From: Carcharhinus longimanus
Taxonomy: Eukaryota
DNA: 64,000 nt
Reading direction: 5' to 3'
NCBI GenBank assembly: GCA_030264375.1
Contig: JASCQW010000081.1
Coordinates: 73,114,202-73,178,201, forward strand
A model generated the notes under the pieces. That model was not told the origin of the DNA. It saw only the letters and a list, made by a program, of their open reading frames with translations, and ran no database searches. Of the stretch, positions 40,191 through 53,817 are shown piece by piece; position 1 is the first letter of the stretch, and every line of letters starts with the position of its first letter. The translations under genes were made by a program, and so were the position numbers.

Positions 40191-40882
40191 TTTTTGAGAG
40201 GTCTACATGCTCCAATTCTGACCATGCACACATCACCTATTTCCTTTGCCCCACCATTGGGGAATGTGGTTTCAGCTTCATGGCTCGTAAGTTCTTGAAC
40301 TCCATCCCTAAAACTTTTAAACACTGAACCCACCCTTCCTTCTCTTTTAAGGCTCTCTTTAAAACACTTCCTGATATCACCTTATGCAGTTTGGTGCCAA
40401 TTATTGTTTAATAACNNNNNNNNNNNNNNNNNNNNNNNNNNNNNNNNNNNNNNNNNNNNNNNNNNNNNNNNNNNNNNNNNNNNNNNNNNNNNNNNNNNNN
40501 NNNNNNNNNNNNNNNNNNNNNNNNNNNNNNNNNNNNNNNNNNNNNNNNNNNNNNNNNNNNNNNNNNNNNNNNNNNNNNNNNNNNNNNNNNNNNNNNNNNN
40601 NNNNNNNNNNNNNNNNNNNNNNNNNNNNNNNNNNNNNNNNNNNNNNNNNNNNNNNNNNNNNNNNNNNNNNNNNNNNNNNNNNNNNNNNNNNNNNNNNNNN
40701 NNNNNNNNNNNNNNNNNNNNNNNNNNNNNNNNNNNNNNNNNNNNNNNNNNNNNNNNNNNNNNNNNNNNNNNNNNNNNNNNNNNNNNNNNNNNNNNNNNNN
40801 NNNNNNNNNNNNNNNNNNNNNNNNNNNNNNNNNNNNNNNNNNNNNNNNNNNNNNNNNNNNNNNNNNNNNNNNNNNNNNNNNN

Positions 40883-41620
40883 TGAGGGATCACTGCTGGG
40901 ACCTTTGATGTTTGTAATTTTTATATATATATATGATTTGGATGAAAATGTAACTGGTTTGATTAGTAAGTTTGCTGACAACAAAGGTTGGTGGATTTGT
41001 GGATAGCGATGAGGACCAGAGGATACAGCAGGATACAGATCAGTTGGAGACTTGGGAGGAGAGATGGCAGATGGATTTAATCTGGACAAATGTGAGGTAA
41101 TGCATTTTATAAGGTCTAATACAGATAGGAGATATACAGTAAATGGCAGAACACTTAAGAGTATTGATGGGCAAAGGGGTCTCGGTGTACAGGTACACAG
41201 GTCACTGAAAGTGGCAATGCAGGTGGAGAAGGTAGTCAAGAAGGCATACGTCTTGCTTGCCTTCAGTCGGCTGGGGCATTGAGTTTAAAAATTGGCAAGT
41301 TATGTTGCAGCTTTCCTTTGACAGCACCTTCCAAACTAGCAACATCTACGACCTAGAAGAACAATGGCAGCAGATCATGGAAACACCACGATCTGCAAGT
41401 TCCCCTCCAAACTAAATACCATCCTGGTTTGAAAGTGTATCACTGTCCCTTTGCTGTTAATGGGTCAAAAACTTGGAATGCCCTTCATAATGGCACTGTG
41501 GGTGTACCCAAACCACATGGGCAGCAGCAGTTCAAGATGGCATCTTTTCAAGACCAATTAAGGATGGGCAGTAAATGCTGGCCTTGCCAACGATGCCCAT
41601 ATTCCATGACTGAATAAATA
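40883..41620 (+). mobile_element. CR1 RT fragment joined to an L2/CR1-type 3' tail
   Basis: GSLLGPLMFVIF..DLDE..ISKFAD; FNLDKCEVMHF; then a gggtcaaaac...gggcagtaaatgctggcc tail. Confidence 0.75.
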
Positions 41621-41944
41621 AATGCATAGAATGATTAAAATTACTGCAGAGGAGAAGCCAATCAACTCGAAAGAAGTCCTTAAAAGGACAGCAGGGAAAG
41701 GAAGACTGAGCTCTCTTTGGCTCTGGAAGTGGAAGGCAGCTTCTGATCTCAGTCATCATTTGACACGTCATTGAAATCTGACCACCAGTCCATGCATTCC
41801 AGTCTCTCTCTCCTCCCCATTTCCCTCTCCACCCATCACCTTCTCTCCCAACACCCAATTGGCCCTTCTCCCCTCGTCCACTCTTCCCATAATTGTCATC
41901 CTTATCCCGTTCTCTAGTTTTCCTCTCTCCAGCCTTGGCTTATT

Positions 41945-42237
41945 TTTTATTTATTTGTGTCACAAGAAAGCTTACATTAACACTGCAATGAAATTACTGT
42001 GAAAATCTCCCAGTCGCCATACTCTGGCACCTGTTCAGGTACACTGAGGGAGAATTTACCATGGCCAATGCACCTAACCAGCATGTCTTTGCACTGTGGG
42101 AGGAAACGGGAGCACCCAGACAAAACCCACGCAGACATGGGGGTAATGTGCAAACTCCACACAGACAGTGACCCGAGCCATGAATCAAACCCGGATGTGA
42201 GACAGCAGTGCTAACCACTGTGCCAGCATGCTGCCCA
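41945..42237 (-). mobile_element. HE1-like V-SINE
   Basis: Reverse complement of the 2908-3200 family. Confidence 0.85.
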
Positions 42238-42579
42238 ACTTCCTGCAAATGCTACACGATGCAATGCTACATCACCAAACCAAAGACAGAGTGGTTATGG
42301 AGCGAGGAAGCAAGGTTCCATGGTGGGGTAGGTATTGGGCATAGAGGCGGCATTCACAGATGCTCAAAAGTTTAAGATTGTTAACGTGCCCAAAGCTCCA
42401 AATAGCAGTGCTCAAGAGATTTGTGCCATGTATCCAGTGCCACGTCTTGTCGACTGCAATAACTCACACCTTTATAAATATTGCAATATGTGTAAATATA
42501 GAGGATGAGTTCCTTTTCGAACCTAGATGATCTGGAAGCGAGCCCATTGATGATCTCTTCCTGTCCAAAGCATCAATAA

Positions 42580-43405
42580 AATAAGCAAAACACTGAGGAT
42601 ACTGGAATCAGAAACAAGAGGGGGATGCTGGGAAAACACAGAGAAAGTAGAGTTAATGTTTTGAATTCTTTAGCTTTTTGTCAGAACTGGAGGGAGAAAG
42701 TGTTAGAGCTGTGAAAGTGCAACAAGTAGCAACTTTAAGAAAAGGCAAGAAACACTTCTCAATTTTGCTTCCATATTCCAACCTTCACCTTCACTTCGTC
42801 CATCTCCCAACACTTATACCTTCCCTTCCTTGACCTCTCTGTCTCCATTTCCAGTGATAGACTGACCACTAATATTCATTATAGGCTTTCCTCTCACCCC
42901 ATTTCCTGTAAGGACTCCATCCCATTCTCCTGGTTTCTCCACCTTCATCACATCTGTTTTGATGATGATGCCTCTGAAAACGACACTTTTTACATGTTTT
43001 TCTTTGCCTTAACTAAGGTTTCCCCATCGTGGTTGACAGGACACACATCCATGTCCGACCAATCTACCATACCTTGACCCTCTCCCCTTCCCCTCCCTCC
43101 CTGAACCAGGATAGTGTCCCTCTTGTCCTTACTTTCCATCCCACTGGCCTCCCCATTCATAGAATTATCCTTTGCATTCTCTAACATGATGCTACCATAA
43201 AACGCATCTTCCCCTCAACTCCTATTCCACTGCCCCCCTTTTCTGTCTGTCTTTTGTTCTTAAAGTTGTTACTTCTTGTTTCAATCTCTCATAGCACTGA
43301 CACATTCTCCTTCCTTCAGTTCCAAACAGCCAAAGGACTCAAAACATTAACTCTGCTTTCTCTCCTTACAGATGCTGGCAGACCTGCTGAGCTTTTCCAG
43401 CACCC
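42580..43405 (+). mobile_element. Degenerate Penelope-like fragment flanked by inverted terminal repeats
   Basis: RT C-terminal remnants (LPFLDLSVSIS, DSIPFS, DSVPLVL) between opposite-orientation copies of the terminal repeat. Confidence 0.6.
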
Positions 43406-43843
43406 TCTATTAACATTAGTAATCAACCAACTTGGCAGTGCAACAAATGAAACCAGTTGATATTTAATCTGGGTAGCAACTGCCCTGAAGAGTTAATGGA
43501 GTGTTGTTTCCCAGGAGCATCCATAACATTGCTCATCTGTAGGAAAGAATCAGGCAGAAAGAAGTTTGGAGGCTGTTCTGTCCTAATCAGAGTTTAAGTG
43601 GGACCTGCTGGTCTGCTCTGTGGGATAATTGGCCGCATGTATTGGATTGGACTTCAGAACAAGCTATCTTTCCACACGCTTGAGGTAGACTGCCCCCACC
43701 CAATCGCCTGCAGTTTCGATGGGTACCAGACAGGGAAATATTCCTGGAACCTTTTTAGTTTATGTGACTCCACCAGGACAGCTCAACAATGTCACATTCC
43801 ATCCCAGCAGCGACAAATTAAGAGTCACTCAAAAAGTCACTTA

Positions 43844-43849
43844 TTTATT
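43844..43849 (-). terminator. Candidate poly(A) signal of the ADAMTSL-like gene
   Basis: AATAAA on the minus strand, preceded by AT-rich, apparently non-repetitive sequence with TGTA motifs and followed by a T/GT-rich stretch. Confidence 0.4.
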
Positions 43850-46079
43850 GCTGTACAAAATATTTCTAATAATATAGCTACAGTACATCAATAATCTGTT
43901 ATTGTAAAATAATTCTAAAGAGTCGCTGTACAATTACCATTTGGGAGCTTGTGTTAATGTCTAGTTGTCATATATTAAAGCTACATCGTACTATCGGAAA
44001 TACATCCCCGAACTCAGTTTCACCAGAATGTTAACTTTGCTACCTTTGTGGCAGCTCAAGAGATTTCCTGCTGCAGAAAATTGCCATATTTTACTCTGAT
44101 TGCACCAACAGAATTTGTGATCATAATGTTGTCACATGGTGCCACTGTGGCCAAAGCTGCTCCCTCTTCAGTGGTGCCCCGTAAACAGTGTGCCTGTGAG
44201 TCAGTTGACCGGATCCTCAGCATCAGGTCCGAGGTGATTTGGTTAAGCTGCTAACATTGAGAGAGTTGTACTGAAGTGCATTTTCATTCCATAAGCAACC
44301 CTGTTAATCTGCTATTTCTCCGTTCCTTAGTTGATAATTAAGAATGAAGTGTGTCCACTGTGCCATGAGCTGGAGCATCAGGCTGTAGCTCCATTATCGA
44401 ATGTGTACAGCTGAGGATGTACTCATCGAGTCCCAGAGCTCAGGCAACACACTCCAGGAAGCTACAGGAAGGAAGGGAACAGGAAGGAATCAGAAGGATA
44501 GTATCGCATTCCTCCTGATAACGGGCTCCAGGGCAGTGGGAGAGGAAACTTTCAGACTGGTAGTTTATTGGCATTCTTGTCTATAAGAAATGCAAGGTCC
44601 ATAGTTGAGGAGGAGGAGTTAACCAGGGAGTTGGGGGAAAAGGAAAAGTTGGAGCAGGAAGGGAGAAAGCTTGCTGCAGTATTAAATTTCTGCCTTCCAT
44701 GGCTCGAAGGAAGCTTGTAAACAATGTGGAATACAGTACTTGTTGTAATGGCTGAAGGTGTCCAGGCATCCAAATTAGTACTGGCCAATTTTTACTTGTA
44801 ATTACTCGTAAATCTATTAACTGCATCAAGGTCAAGCCTCTTACATTGGTCCAGATGTTGTTTATTTTTTTTACTGCTTGTGACCACTCGTGGAAATTTG
44901 CAAATGACTGTTGCCCTTATGCACTGCCCACAGACCCACTAAAATACCCAAAGATCTAGGTACCCATTTCAGTTAACAACTTCACCTCATCTTACTAAGA
45001 CATGGATCGTTGTTGGGACTGGGGCCATGCATTTTGTTTATGGGATGAATCAGCTGTAAGAAAGCAGGAACACTGACCATTTTAGAAGGTAGAGGTAGTG
45101 GAGGGATGGGGGTTACAGGGGAGGCTCTGGATTGAAGCTCACGCTCCTGTTCACTGGCAAGGACCCATGTCTCAAGCCATAGGCCCAGGATCCAGGTAGA
45201 GTTCAAGAGTTAATGGAGTTTAGAGTGGGGGCGTTGGCAGGGAGTGAAATAGCGAACCCACCANNNNNNNNNNNNNNNNNNNNNNNNNNNNNNNNNNNNN
45301 NNNNNNNNNNNNNNNNNNNNNNNNNNNNNNNNNNNNNNNNNNNNNNNNNNNNNNNNNNNNNNNNNNNNNNNNNNNNNNNNNNNNNNNNNNNNNNNNNNNN
45401 NNNNNNNNNNNNNNNNNNNNNNNNNNNNNNNNNNNNNNNNNNNNNNNNNNNNNNNNNNNNNNNNNNNNNNNNNNNNNNNNNNNNNNNNNNNNNNNNNNNN
45501 NNNNNNNNNNNNNNNNNNNNNNNNNNNNNNNNNNNNNNNNNNNNNNNNNNNNNNNNNNNNNNNNNNNNNNNNNNNAGACACCATTTACTACCTCCCCCCG
45601 CCATCTCCCACAATCCCCCCGCCAGCCCCATGAGTGTTGCCAACTCTGGGTCACGTATTCCAGCTTTCATCAGAAGACGTCTGACCTTCACATCTGTGTT
45701 TGTTTCATGACTAGAATACCACCTTGCCTCTTCTCTCTCTCCTCCTTTACATTGCAAAAGTGGTGGGTCTGTTATTTCACGCCCCACCCCCCCTCACCCC
45801 CACACAACCACCACCCTAAACTCCACTAACTCCCCACACAAGCATTCTTACCACTGATCACCCAACGTGACCACCCTTGTGGCACAAGACCCAAACTCAC
45901 CAGAAATTGATCAAACACTATTAACTAAATGGATAATTCTTCATTGTCGATCAATTAGCCTTTCATTCCGTCTGCAATTTTTAAAAATAAATTAAAGAAC
46001 TCACTAAAAATTTGGCGATAGCGCTCAGCCTTATCATATGCCTCTCTTCACTTAAAAGATGCCTTATTGCCCAGCTTCT

Positions 46080-46190
46080 ATCCTGATGCCATTTGCTCCC
46101 TATACAGACTCTGGATAAATCTCATATCTTTACTGTCAATGTCACATTTCAACCACCACATTAGCTTTTGGTGATAAAGAGATGCTTGAA
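46080..46190 (-). mobile_element. RTE-type LINE RT fragment
   Basis: HQKLM..IDSKDMRFIQSLYREQ. Confidence 0.5.
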
Positions 46191-46699
46191 TTTGCAAGAG
46201 CAGAAAGAACAAAGTGACATCCAGAAAAGAAAACATCAATATTTTGGCCACTTGATCAGAGCTGAAAAGCTCCAGATTGGTTGACCTGGGCGTCGTTGAA
46301 TGATGAACATGGAGCAGTTGCAGACAGTGGATGTGAGAGTGCTGCAAGGAAGACAAGTCTGACATATCATAACAGTAGATTTTCTGGTACGAGTGGCTAC
46401 AAGTGATAGCACATCACTGAAAATTAGAAAACCACAGGGGCAGGAATTATTGCCCTTTCCCACCAAAGACAAACCCTTGATAGCAGGACAGGAGAGCCAC
46501 GCACAACACTGTAGACATCGCAGGACTGGAAGATACCACTGGCTCCAATGGTGAGCCACCTCCACTGCCAGAAAACATGCCACAGGAGGGCCAGAAAATC
46601 CTGCTCATTGTCTCCAGAATTTGCCTGAAGCAAGACCTCACAGTTATGGTGTATGAGGCCATTCACAACCTGTATGTCTGTGTTGGCTCTTTGGAAAAG

Positions 46700-47440
46700 T
46701 GACCAACTGTACTCCGTTCCCTTTTCCTCATAGCCCTAACCCTTTTCACAACAGATGCTTATCTAATTCCTCTTTAAAACTCAACTCAATCTGCCCCTCC
46801 ATGCTACCAGGCAGTACATTCCAGAACCCACCACTCAGTGTGAAAATGTCTTCCCTCTTGTAGCCTTTGGTTCATTTACCATGCATCTTAACTCAACGTC
46901 CTCTGGTTCTCGGCCCTTCCAATAGTTGGAACGACTTGTCTCCACTTCTACTTTGTAGGACCTCATGATTTTAAACACCTCGGTCAAATCTTCTCTCAAC
47001 CCTCCCTATTGAGGAGAATATCCCAACTTTTACAATCTAACCATGTAACTGAGCTCCTTATCCATTCTCATGAGTCTCTTTTGCACCCTCTCTAAAGTCT
47101 TCACATCCTTCCTAACTTCAACACCCAGGATTGAACAATACTCAAGCTGAGGGTGGACCAGTGCTTTATAAGCGTTCATCACAACATCCTTGTTTTTGTA
47201 GCCGCTATTTTAAAGCCCAGGATTCCAAATGCCTTGTTAGCTACTTTCTTACCCTGGCTTGCCACCTTAAATACTGTGAGCACGTATACTACAAGGTCCC
47301 TCAGCTCCTGCATCCCTCTTAGAACTGTATTCTTTATTTTGTATTTCCTCTGCTCATTCTTCGAACCAGAATATATAATTTCACATTTCTCTGTGTTAAA
47401 TTTCACCTGACATGTCTACCCCTTCCATCAGCCTGCCTAT
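46700..47440 (-). mobile_element. CR1 3' fragment
   Basis: KFNTEKCEIIY; KANKAFGILGF. Confidence 0.75.
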
Positions 47441-49021
47441 TGCAGTAATAGGTGTTTGGCGTTGTAGGGGTTAATGGGTTAACAGCACAAGAGTCACATG
47501 GGAGGAGTAGAATGTGGGAGTAACTCTGGTAGAAGGTGGCATGAAGATAGCACCTCATCAGGACAACATCCTATATATATATATATATTCCAATTCCAAT
47601 TCTCTTCCCACACTTAGTGGTGCACTAAGGAGGCTTTCATCTGTTTTCATAGTTAGTAATTCTCAGGACAGGTTGCCATTCTGTCACCACGGGCATACAG
47701 CTTGAGGAGCACCTCTCCACAACAAATACGGCTGACCAGCCATCTCTCCCAGTCTTACTGCCAGCCATTGGTGTGTTTGGAAGGATCTGCAGGTTAGCAC
47801 ACTCAACCTGTCTGACTGCGTTATGAACACAGCTTGCTTGGCCATAGTCCTGGGATAGGAGTCAAATCCAGGGCTTCTGGCTCAGAGGGAGGGGCACGCT
47901 ATCCACTACATCACAAGATCTCCTATGTATATAGGTGTGTTATTAATAAAGTTACTGTTCAAACAAGCCTCTTGATCTCGTCATAAAATATCAATTTCCT
48001 CGTCACAATTTTGAAAAGGTGACCTGTACACCCAAGTCCAAGACATTAATATTGATCAAGAAAAGCAATCCTAATCCCAGTTCCTGAGAAACCTCATGAT
48101 AAACCTTCCTCCAGACCATAAAATACAAACCACACTATTTGCTGTCATCAGTTAACTTTGTACTCATGCTGCCAATGCTTTACTTCATGGACTTCAGTCT
48201 TGTTGATCAGCCCGTTATGTAGAACATCATTGAACGTCTTTGGGCATCCACATCAACAATATTACCCTCATCAACCTCTCAAAAAACTCAAAGCAAGGTA
48301 AACATGATTTGCCTTAAACAAATTAATACTGGCTTTCCTGAATTAATACACATCTGTCCAGGTAACTGTTAATTTTGTACTGTATTATCACTTGCCTGCA
48401 CCAAGATTAAACTGACTGGCCTGGAATTGCTGGGTTTCTCCTTACCTCTTTTTCCCAAGCCCACTGTTTCTTTGAAGCTACATTACATCATTGCTCCTGA
48501 CCAACAGATGGAATTAGGCTGAGGTGGTCAGAAAATATTCTCGTGAGGGAGGAAAAAAACATGAGCTTTTCCATAACGGTGAGCATTTCTCCTCACACAA
48601 TGCTCAGAACCCAGAATCCATCAACATCCCCAACCAGATACTGAATCCCACGTCCAGAATGCAGGCTGGGATAATGTACAGATTTCAGTATCTGTAAATG
48701 TAGCTTTGGGGGACTTGATCAGCTACTCAGATGTAATGACTTTTTAAAGAAAAGAAATCACAGCAAATAGGAAAACATGACCAGTAAATAAAAAGTAGAA
48801 AACAAACAAAGTGAGTACCCCTCAATATAATGACAGCATCGGAGTAGTGATTTAGTTGTGGGGTAGGGAGTTGGATTGATCTGTGGGGAATTAATCATTT
48901 ATTCTTGAAAATTTAAGTCCAAGGAGCATTTTGAGGAGGAGGAGGAGGAGGAAGAACGGGGTGGTTGCTGGCTGGATGGGATTGGAAGTGATGTAATCTT
49001 GCCTACTGCAGTCATTCTTAC

Positions 49022-49166
49022 CTGGTGCATCTGTGGGACACAGCTGAACCTCACATGTCTCCTTTGTCTCTGGTTTTGTGGATGGATCACATCCTTGTCC
49101 AACTTCATCGCCTTGGTAACATTTCACCTCCCGAACTCTGACTCCACTGCCACAGGTTTTGCTGCA
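49022..49166 (-). CDS. adamtsl7: ADAMTSL2-like protein exon (last TSR1 before PLAC)
   Basis: cag|CSKTCGSGVRVREVKCYQGDEVGQGCDPSTKPETKETCEVQLCPTDAP-G|gtaaga; 145 nt, ends in phase 1. Confidence 0.87.
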
Positions 49167-49850
49167 CTGTGCAGGATAAAGACTGCAGTTATTTATCAGA
49201 GTACACCAACTGCAGCTTACCAAATGTAACAGCAATCAGTCTGTGACCAGTTAAAGTGGCAATGTCGCATCAGTAATACTTCAAAACCAAGTAAAGAAAA
49301 AGGACTTTGGTTATTGAGAATTGTTCTAGCACCCAGGTCGCCAACAAACATTTGTTGTTCAAGTACCAAGTAACTCAACGATTACTCTTTCCATGCCAGA
49401 CCATTAAGCACATTCAGCTCAGGTCAGTGCAGGATACAGTTCCCTCATTACCACCTAATGATGCCTTCCTACATCAGATGCAGAATCGTTTCGATGTGGA
49501 GTTTGGGTCCTCTTGTATTGTCCCATCAGGCACTCCTAGCTCAGATACAGAATTGGAATAGATGTGGAATTAAGCTTTCTGTATACTGCCCATCAGACCT
49601 TCTCAGGCAGGGATAGAATGAGTTTATACATAGCCCTTCATTATGACCCACCTATTTCCTAAGAGCTCACAAATAGTTAAATGTTGAATGCTACAAATTG
49701 GTATAGATTGTATCCCGTAGCTTTCATTTCATGTTCGATTTAAGTCACTTGGTAGTTTAGCATACTAATACTATTCTTCTGGGATGCTGGAATGAGGAAG
49801 TGAGGCAACAGCAGCCTGGATTTGTGCAGGGCCAGGTGCAAGGGCCTTGG

Positions 49851-50100
49851 GGGGCACGGTAGTACAGTGCTTCACAGCACCAGGGACCCATGTTCGATTC
49901 CCGGCTTGGGTCATTGTGTGTGGAGTTTGCATGTTCTCCCCGTGTCTGCATGGGTTTCCTCCAGGTGCTCCGGTTTCTTCCCACAGTCTGAAAGACATGC
50001 TTGTCATGTCATTGACCCGAGTGGGCAACGAAATGTAGCGACTAGAGGAATTTCACAGTAACTTCATTGCAATGTAAGCCTTACTAATAAACAAACTTTA
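49851..50100 (+). mobile_element. HE1-like V-SINE
   Basis: ggggcacggtag...gttcgattcccggcttggg...V-domain...aataaa. Confidence 0.85.
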
Positions 50101-51494
50101 CTCAGAGGCCTGGCCCCTGCATCAACTTCCTACATTTATGTAGTGCCACGACCACAGCTCCACCTGGTTTCCAGGACAAAATCTGGCTACTCAGCCCTAC
50201 TAGCTGTTCTTGCTCCATATGCCCTTTTTCCTCAACCCTACCCCTTCACCTCAGCTGTGCTTCAGTTGGTCAAGTTAGAAGCTGTTGGGTTTAAGTCCCA
50301 CTCCAAAGATATGAGCACAAAAAATTTAACGATGGCACACTCCAGTGCAATACGGAGGGAGCACTGCAATGTCAAGGGTGGAGTATTTCAGATCAGTTCT
50401 GAAAGCAAAGACCCATCTGCCCTCTCACGGGGTTGTACAAGATTTCACACCACTTTTCAAAGAGGAGCAGGGAGTTCCCCAAGTGTTCTGGTCAATATTC
50501 CTCTAATCAACATCACNNNNNNNNNNNNNNNNNNNNNNNNNNNNNNNNNNNNNNNNNNNNNNNNNNNNNNNNNNNNNNNNNNNNNNNNNNNNNNNNNNNN
50601 NNNNNNNNNNNNNNNNNNNNNNNNNNNNNNNNNNNNNNNNNNNNNNNNNNNNNNNNNNNNNNNNNNNNNNNNNNNNNNNNNNNNNNNNNNNNNNNNNNNN
50701 NNNNNNNNNNNNNNNNNNNNNNNNNNNNNNNNNNNNNNNNNNNNNNNNNNNNNNNNNNNNNNNNNNNNNNNNNNNNNNNNNNNNNNNNNNNNNNNNNNNN
50801 NNNNNNNNNNNNNNNNNNNNNNNNNNNNNNNNNNNNNNNNNNNNNNNNNNNNNNNNNNNNNNNNNNNNNNNNNNNNNNNNNNNNNNNNNNNNNNNNNNNN
50901 NNNNNNNNNNNNNNNNNNNNNNNNNNNNNNNNNNNNNNNNNNNNNNNNNNNNNNNNNNNNNNNNNNNNNNNNNNNNNNNNNNNNNNNNNNNNNNNNNNNN
51001 NNNNNNNNNNNNNNNNNNNNNNNNNNNNNNNNNNNNNNNNNNNNNNNNNNNNNNNNNNNNNNNNNNNNNNNNNNNNNNNNNNNNNNNNNNNNNNNNNNNN
51101 NNNNNNNNNNNNNNNNNNNNNNNNNNNNNNNNNNNNNNNNNNNNNNNNNNNNNNNNNNNNNNNNNNNNNNGTAAAATCTGGGCTCAATCTGATGAATCTG
51201 CGCTGCACCCCCTCCAAGGCCATTAAAACTTGAGGTATAGTATTTGGACTGAATGCAAGGCTTTATGCGATTGAAATCTAACTTCCTGACCTTTATACTC
51301 CAGCTGTAGGAGATAAAGAAAACGTTCCACTTGCTTTTTATACCTGCCCATTGGCTTAATACGATAAATGGAGTTGAGAATGGGGGAGGAGCTTCATGCA
51401 TTGATATCTTCTGGCGCCACCTAGTTCCACTGGACCACAGACAGTAGAATGGGAGGAGGAAAACCAGTGTCGAGAAAACTAAGAGTTGTGGATC

Positions 51495-51690
51495 AAAAAC
51501 CGAAAATGCTGGAAAATCTCAGCTGGTCTGGCAGCATCTGTGGAGGGAGAATAGTGCCAACGTTTGAGTCAGGATGAACCTTCCGAAGATTCATCCAAAA
51601 CACTGGATCTATTCTCTCTCCACAGATGCTGTCAGACCTGCTGGGAGTTTCCAGCATTTTTCAATTTTTGTTTCCGATTCCAGCATTGCT
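51495..51690. repeat. Inverted pair of Penelope-type terminal repeats (~55-bp arms)
   Basis: aaaatgctgg...gcatctgtggagggagaatag / ctattctctctccacagatgc...ccagcatttt. Confidence 0.75.
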
Positions 51691-53504
51691 TCCACAGTAA
51701 TTTGCCTTCACCTAAAGTGGTGCGGATATCTGATTCCATAATTTACAGCCACAACATTAGTTTTAGGAATATAACTTTTAAGTTGGGGATTGAATTGTTA
51801 AATATAAAAATTGTTAAATACAAGTTAAATGGAAAAACCTGATCAAGAAACGGGTGAACACTTCTAATGCAAATGGAAATCCAACAAGCCAGGGTTAATT
51901 ATTGTTAAAAGGCAACTTGTGTTTTCAGTGGCAGCACTGGGAAAATCTAAATAATGGATGAGTGATCACGAAGCTTGAGAGAGAGCCAGGAGGTCTACAA
52001 CTACCTCAATAAAAAGATTTAGATTAAGTGTAGTTCCTAGGTGAAAAACAGCTAAAAGCATGTTGTAAACAAGGTAGATTTTTGGTGGGACCTGACAGTC
52101 TGGAGAAGAGGACCTTGAACTCTAATAGATATTTAAATTAGTTAAGGGGCTTCCAAAATCTGAGATTCTTCTGAAGGCTAAAAAGGGTTAATTTACATTT
52201 CTGTTTGGAACAACCGAAGTATATCACATTGCCATAGAGATAGGCTGTGGGGGGATTAAACAGGCCATTCAGTTCGGAAATAGGCAGTCGAAACTCACTG
52301 GATGTAATCTTACTGGTTCATGCCCTGCTGCTCCTGTAGCTAGGCCAGAGAATTTGGCACTGCCCAGCCAAATCTCCATTCACTGCAGCGGGATCAGAAG
52401 ATCCCGTCATCATGGACGGCTGTAAAATCGTACCCACAGGGAGGAAAAGCAATAAGTGTTAGCCAGGCCTGCACCTTAAGCAGAGAAAATACTAACTTTA
52501 TCGTTCACAGTGCTAAATGAGGATGGGGGCCCAAACTCAATGTGGAGGCAGAGTTTGAGAGAGAAGAGAGGCTGGAAGATTTTACTATCTTGGATTTAGA
52601 GGAAGAAATCTACAGTAATCCTCACATTGAAAACAGTTTGGCTTGGAGAAGTCCAAAGGTCTTTGGGGTGGGAGCTGAAAACACCCACTTGGTTGGTGTA
52701 AGCCCCAAGTTCAGAAAAGGAAAAGGACTTGCAAAGAGCTGCAGATCAAAATAAGAGAGTTATTAGAAACTAGGAAGTTTTGAATTTTCTCTTTAATTCA
52801 GCGTGCAGGAATTGCAGAGGAAGTTCAGACTGCAGCTGGAAAATCCCAGACTTTGCAAGGCAGCTGTGGAAAAAATTGTTGCTGTTATTAAGCAAATGAG
52901 TAATCTTTAAGAACCTGGTAAGTAGCCCAAGACTTTCTGGAGGAGTCATTATGGGAAAAGGAGTTCAGGATCACTGCGTAGAAGGAGGCCATTCAGCCAA
53001 TCACATCTGCGCTGGCTGTCCCATTCAGCATTATAACTTGTCTCTCAAAGTCCACCATAATGTTTGCAATTTGCAATATTTGCAGGTTTTGTGCCACCCC
53101 AAGCTTTTATATTTTCAAAAGGATGAGAAAAAACAATCTTTGGTTGAATTGAGAAGCAAAGTGTGGATTTTAGTTTAAAGTATATGTGGTTGTGTTTTAT
53201 TGTGCTTTTTGATGTAAAGTATAAGTAATTACATAAGAAAGTGCTCCGTTAGTACTGTTTGCTTAATTTGACTTTTGTACAATAAAATTATTTTGCTTTA
53301 AAACATGAAATCTTGTTAACCATACTTAATAACCATGGCATCATATTTCTCTAAATGTTGACAGTTTCTGTAGGATCATTTCAAAAAGGGAGGAAAATTG
53401 TGTAGGAAAAGAAGAGAAAATTAAAGAAACAAACAGGGCAAAGATAACTTCATGTGAATCAGTGAGACACAACAGCTCCCAGGTAATCAGGTAAGTTTGC
53501 TTAC

Positions 53505-53681
53505 CTGTGACCAAGATGTTTTGAACCACTTTGAGCAGGGCCTCTCGAAACAGGCTGCCTCCTCGTTAGGCTTCTTTGAATGCCCACACCGGCTCTCCTC
53601 ATACTCCTTGTAAGCTCCATTTTCCAAACCAGCGCACAGAATCTTCCTAGTCTTCCTACCCCGGCCACACGTGGCATTGCA
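53505..53681 (-). CDS. adamtsl7: ADAMTSL2-like protein exon (TSR1)
   Basis: cag|CNATCGRGRKTRKILCAGLENGAYKEYEESRCGHSKKPNEEAACFERPCSKWFKTSWSQ|gtaagc; 177 nt, phase 0/0. Confidence 0.87.
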
Positions 53682-53817
53682 CTGAAGTAGAACAAGGTCA
53701 ATCATTTATTAAAACAGTCCATTAGTCAATCCCTACCAATATCCTGCATCAGGGGCTCCCACAGGCTGGCGATATGCCAGTTAGCAGACAAAGACATCCC
53801 CATCCCTCTCAACCTTT

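Noticed and set aside
46236-46583. Cys/Trp-containing minus-strand ORF (HWSQWY..QCC) as a PLAC candidate
   Set aside because: Cys spacing does not fit PLAC; repeat-derived context.
40382-51401. Long ORFs full of X (40382-41239, 45203-45787, 50143-51401)
   Set aside because: Open only because of N runs.
51850-53330. Possible solo LTR-like sequence (also ~38310-38800)
   Set aside because: Composition is suggestive, but no partner LTR, termini or TSD could be defined.
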